IMG/VR virus record: IMGVR_UViG_2623620491_000013
Coordinates: 1 to 7,676 of that record
Origin: a virus
Lineage: Duplodnaviria; Heunggongvirae; Uroviricota; Caudoviricetes
DNA length: 7,676 bases
Strand: one strand, 5' to 3'
A program made the translations under genes and the position numbers. Positions within the stretch are counted from its first letter, which is position 1; each line of letters opens with the position of its first letter. This document shows positions 7,074 through 7,676 of the stretch, one piece after another. Below the pieces are notes generated by a model. That model saw only the letters and a list, made by a program, of their open reading frames with translations, did not search any database and was not told where the DNA came from.

Positions 7074-7176
7074 AAAAAAAGACCGAATACGATTCCTGTA
7101 TTCGGTCCAGGGAAATGGCTCTTGGGAGAGAGCCGTGCGCTAAAAGTTGGCATTAATGCAGGCTTAGTTGCCTTGC
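7074..7176 (-). ncRNA. sdsR: SdsR (RyeB) small RNA
   Basis: The - strand reads GCAAGGCAACTAAGCCTGCATTAATGCCAACTTTTAGCGCACGGCTCTCTCCCAAGAGCCATTTCCCTGGACCGAATACAGGAATCGTATTCGGTC followed by T7, which I recognise as SdsR with its intrinsic terminator. A sigma-S type -10 lies immediately upstream. Confidence 0.8.
7081..7107. other. Candidate att core: perfect inverted repeat GACCGAATAC / GTATTCGGTC around a 7-bp spacer (GATTCCT), coincident with the sdsR terminator stem-loop
   Basis: Two inverted 10-bp half-sites around a 7-bp spacer resemble a C-overlap-C' core. Distances to the IHF site (about 35 bp) and tandem repeats (about 55-75 bp) approximate the lambda P' arm geometry. Inference only; the junction could lie further left (6943-7045). 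Confidence 0.35.
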
Positions 7177-7215
7177 CCTTTAAGAATAGATGACGACGCC
7201 AGGTTTTCCAGTTTG
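7177..7215 (-). promoter_or_regulatory. sdsR promoter with sigma-S type extended -10 (TCTATTCTTAA)
   Basis: On the - strand TCTATTCTTAAAGG immediately precedes the SdsR 5' end (plus coordinates 7177-7190); this is a near match to the sigma-S -10 consensus TCTATACTTAA including the -13 C. SdsR is a known RpoS-dependent sRNA. Confidence 0.55.
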
Positions 7216-7263
7216 CGTGCAAAATGGTCAATAAAAAGCGTGGTGGTCATCAGCTGAAATGTT

Positions 7264-7305
7264 AAAAACCGCCCGTTCTGGTGAAAGAACTGAGGCGGTT
7301 TTTTT
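7264..7305. terminator. Bidirectional intrinsic terminator between ryeA (+) and yebY (-)
   Basis: A5 (7264-7268), imperfect stem CCGCC-C-GTTCT ... AGAAC-TGA-GGCGG (7269-7298), T7 (7299-7305). U-tract on both strands: 7 U for the + strand transcript, 5 U for the - strand. Confidence 0.7.
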
Positions 7306-7334
7306 ATTGGAAATCAAAAGGCTATTTTAGGTAA

Positions 7335-7676
7335 TTAACAGAGTTTTTCAGCTCGTTCTATAAACGGTGCCAGACTCATTTTTTCGCCGGGATTGTTAGG
7401 ATCATCAATCTGAATCACCGAAATGGGTTGGGCATTGGTCTTCCCACTGGCAACTTCCTTTTGTGCGATATCGTTTAAAGGATACTGCACGAGGGTACTC
7501 GGATTAATAACATACAAAGCATTACCCGGTCGGCAAGTCAGCATCACCTCTTCGCGATTAAACGCCCATTTGTCTTTACCCACTTCAAAACGACTGACGG
7601 TAATCACCTGCGGTGCAGCCAGCGCCGCTGCAGAACTGGTGAGTAACAGAAACGCCAGAATACTTTTTTTCATCAT
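7335..7676 (-). CDS. yebY: YebY (DUF2511-type secreted protein) with Sec signal peptide
   Basis: 113 aa ORF; N-terminus [23 protein letters not shown] is a typical signal peptide with an AxA cleavage site. Length and position next to sdsR match yebY of E. coli. The start codon is at the window edge, so start choice (7676 or 7673) and RBS cannot be checked. Confidence 0.7.
   Translation of the reverse strand: MMKKSILAFLLLTSSAAALAAPQVITVSRFEVGKDKWAFNREEVMLTCRPGNALYVINPSTLVQYPLNDIAQKEVASGKTNAQPISVIQIDDPNNPGEKMSLAPFIERAEKLC

Larger units (their letters stand above)
1..7107. mobile_element. Right-hand end of a lambdoid (Rac-like) prophage: early recombination module through xis-int and an attL-type junction; continues left beyond the window
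   Basis: Colinear + strand phage genes ending in an overlapping xis-int pair. Int stop at 6942 is followed by an AT-rich arm with tandem repeats and an IHF consensus. A recognisable host sRNA gene (sdsR) begins at about 7074. The right boundary is approximate. Confidence 0.8.
7080..7305 (+). ncRNA. ryeA: RyeA (SraC) antisense sRNA overlapping sdsR; 5' end uncertain
   Basis: RyeA is known to be encoded opposite SdsR and to be longer. A + strand intrinsic terminator ends at 7305. A candidate sigma-70 promoter TTTGCA (7045-7050), 16-nt spacer, TACAAT (7067-7072) would place the start near 7080; the true 5' end may be upstream. Confidence 0.45.

Noticed and set aside
6962-7231. 89-aa - strand ORF across the att arm and sdsR
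   Set aside because: Coincides with a recognised sRNA (SdsR), its terminator and its promoter; a coding interpretation is not supported.
6943-7330. Expected tRNA gene as the integration target next to int
   Set aside because: No cloverleaf-compatible sequence or conserved tRNA boxes seen; the adjacent host gene is the sRNA sdsR.

Overview
This window is the right-hand end of a lambdoid, Rac-like prophage (all genes on the + strand) and the host small-RNA locus it abuts. In order: the 3' end of an ORF truncated by the window edge (1-261); a 56-aa Cys4 zinc-ribbon ORF (261-431); a 91-aa RacC-like ORF (506-781); a recE-type exonuclease VIII of 1042 aa (881-4009); a translationally coupled RecT/Red-beta-family annealing protein (4021-5073); ralR (Lar restriction-alleviation protein / DNase toxin, 5137-5331) overlapping a ydaC-like ORF (5324-5512); xis (5619-5900) overlapping a lambda-type tyrosine integrase (5866-6942); then an attL-like arm with tandem 10-bp repeats and an IHF consensus site. 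Host DNA follows: the sdsR (ryeB) sRNA on the - strand (7074-7176) with antisense ryeA, a bidirectional terminator, and yebY (- strand, 7335-7676). Most of the window is recognisable; I see no clearly novel multi-gene defence system. The points most worth follow-up are the phage-host junction, which appears to use the sdsR terminator hairpin as the att core, a 15-nt direct repeat in two hairpins bracketing the ralR-ydaC cassette, and internal repeats plus a zinc ribbon inside RecE. All calls rest on reading the sequence and on memory of protein families; no searches were run.
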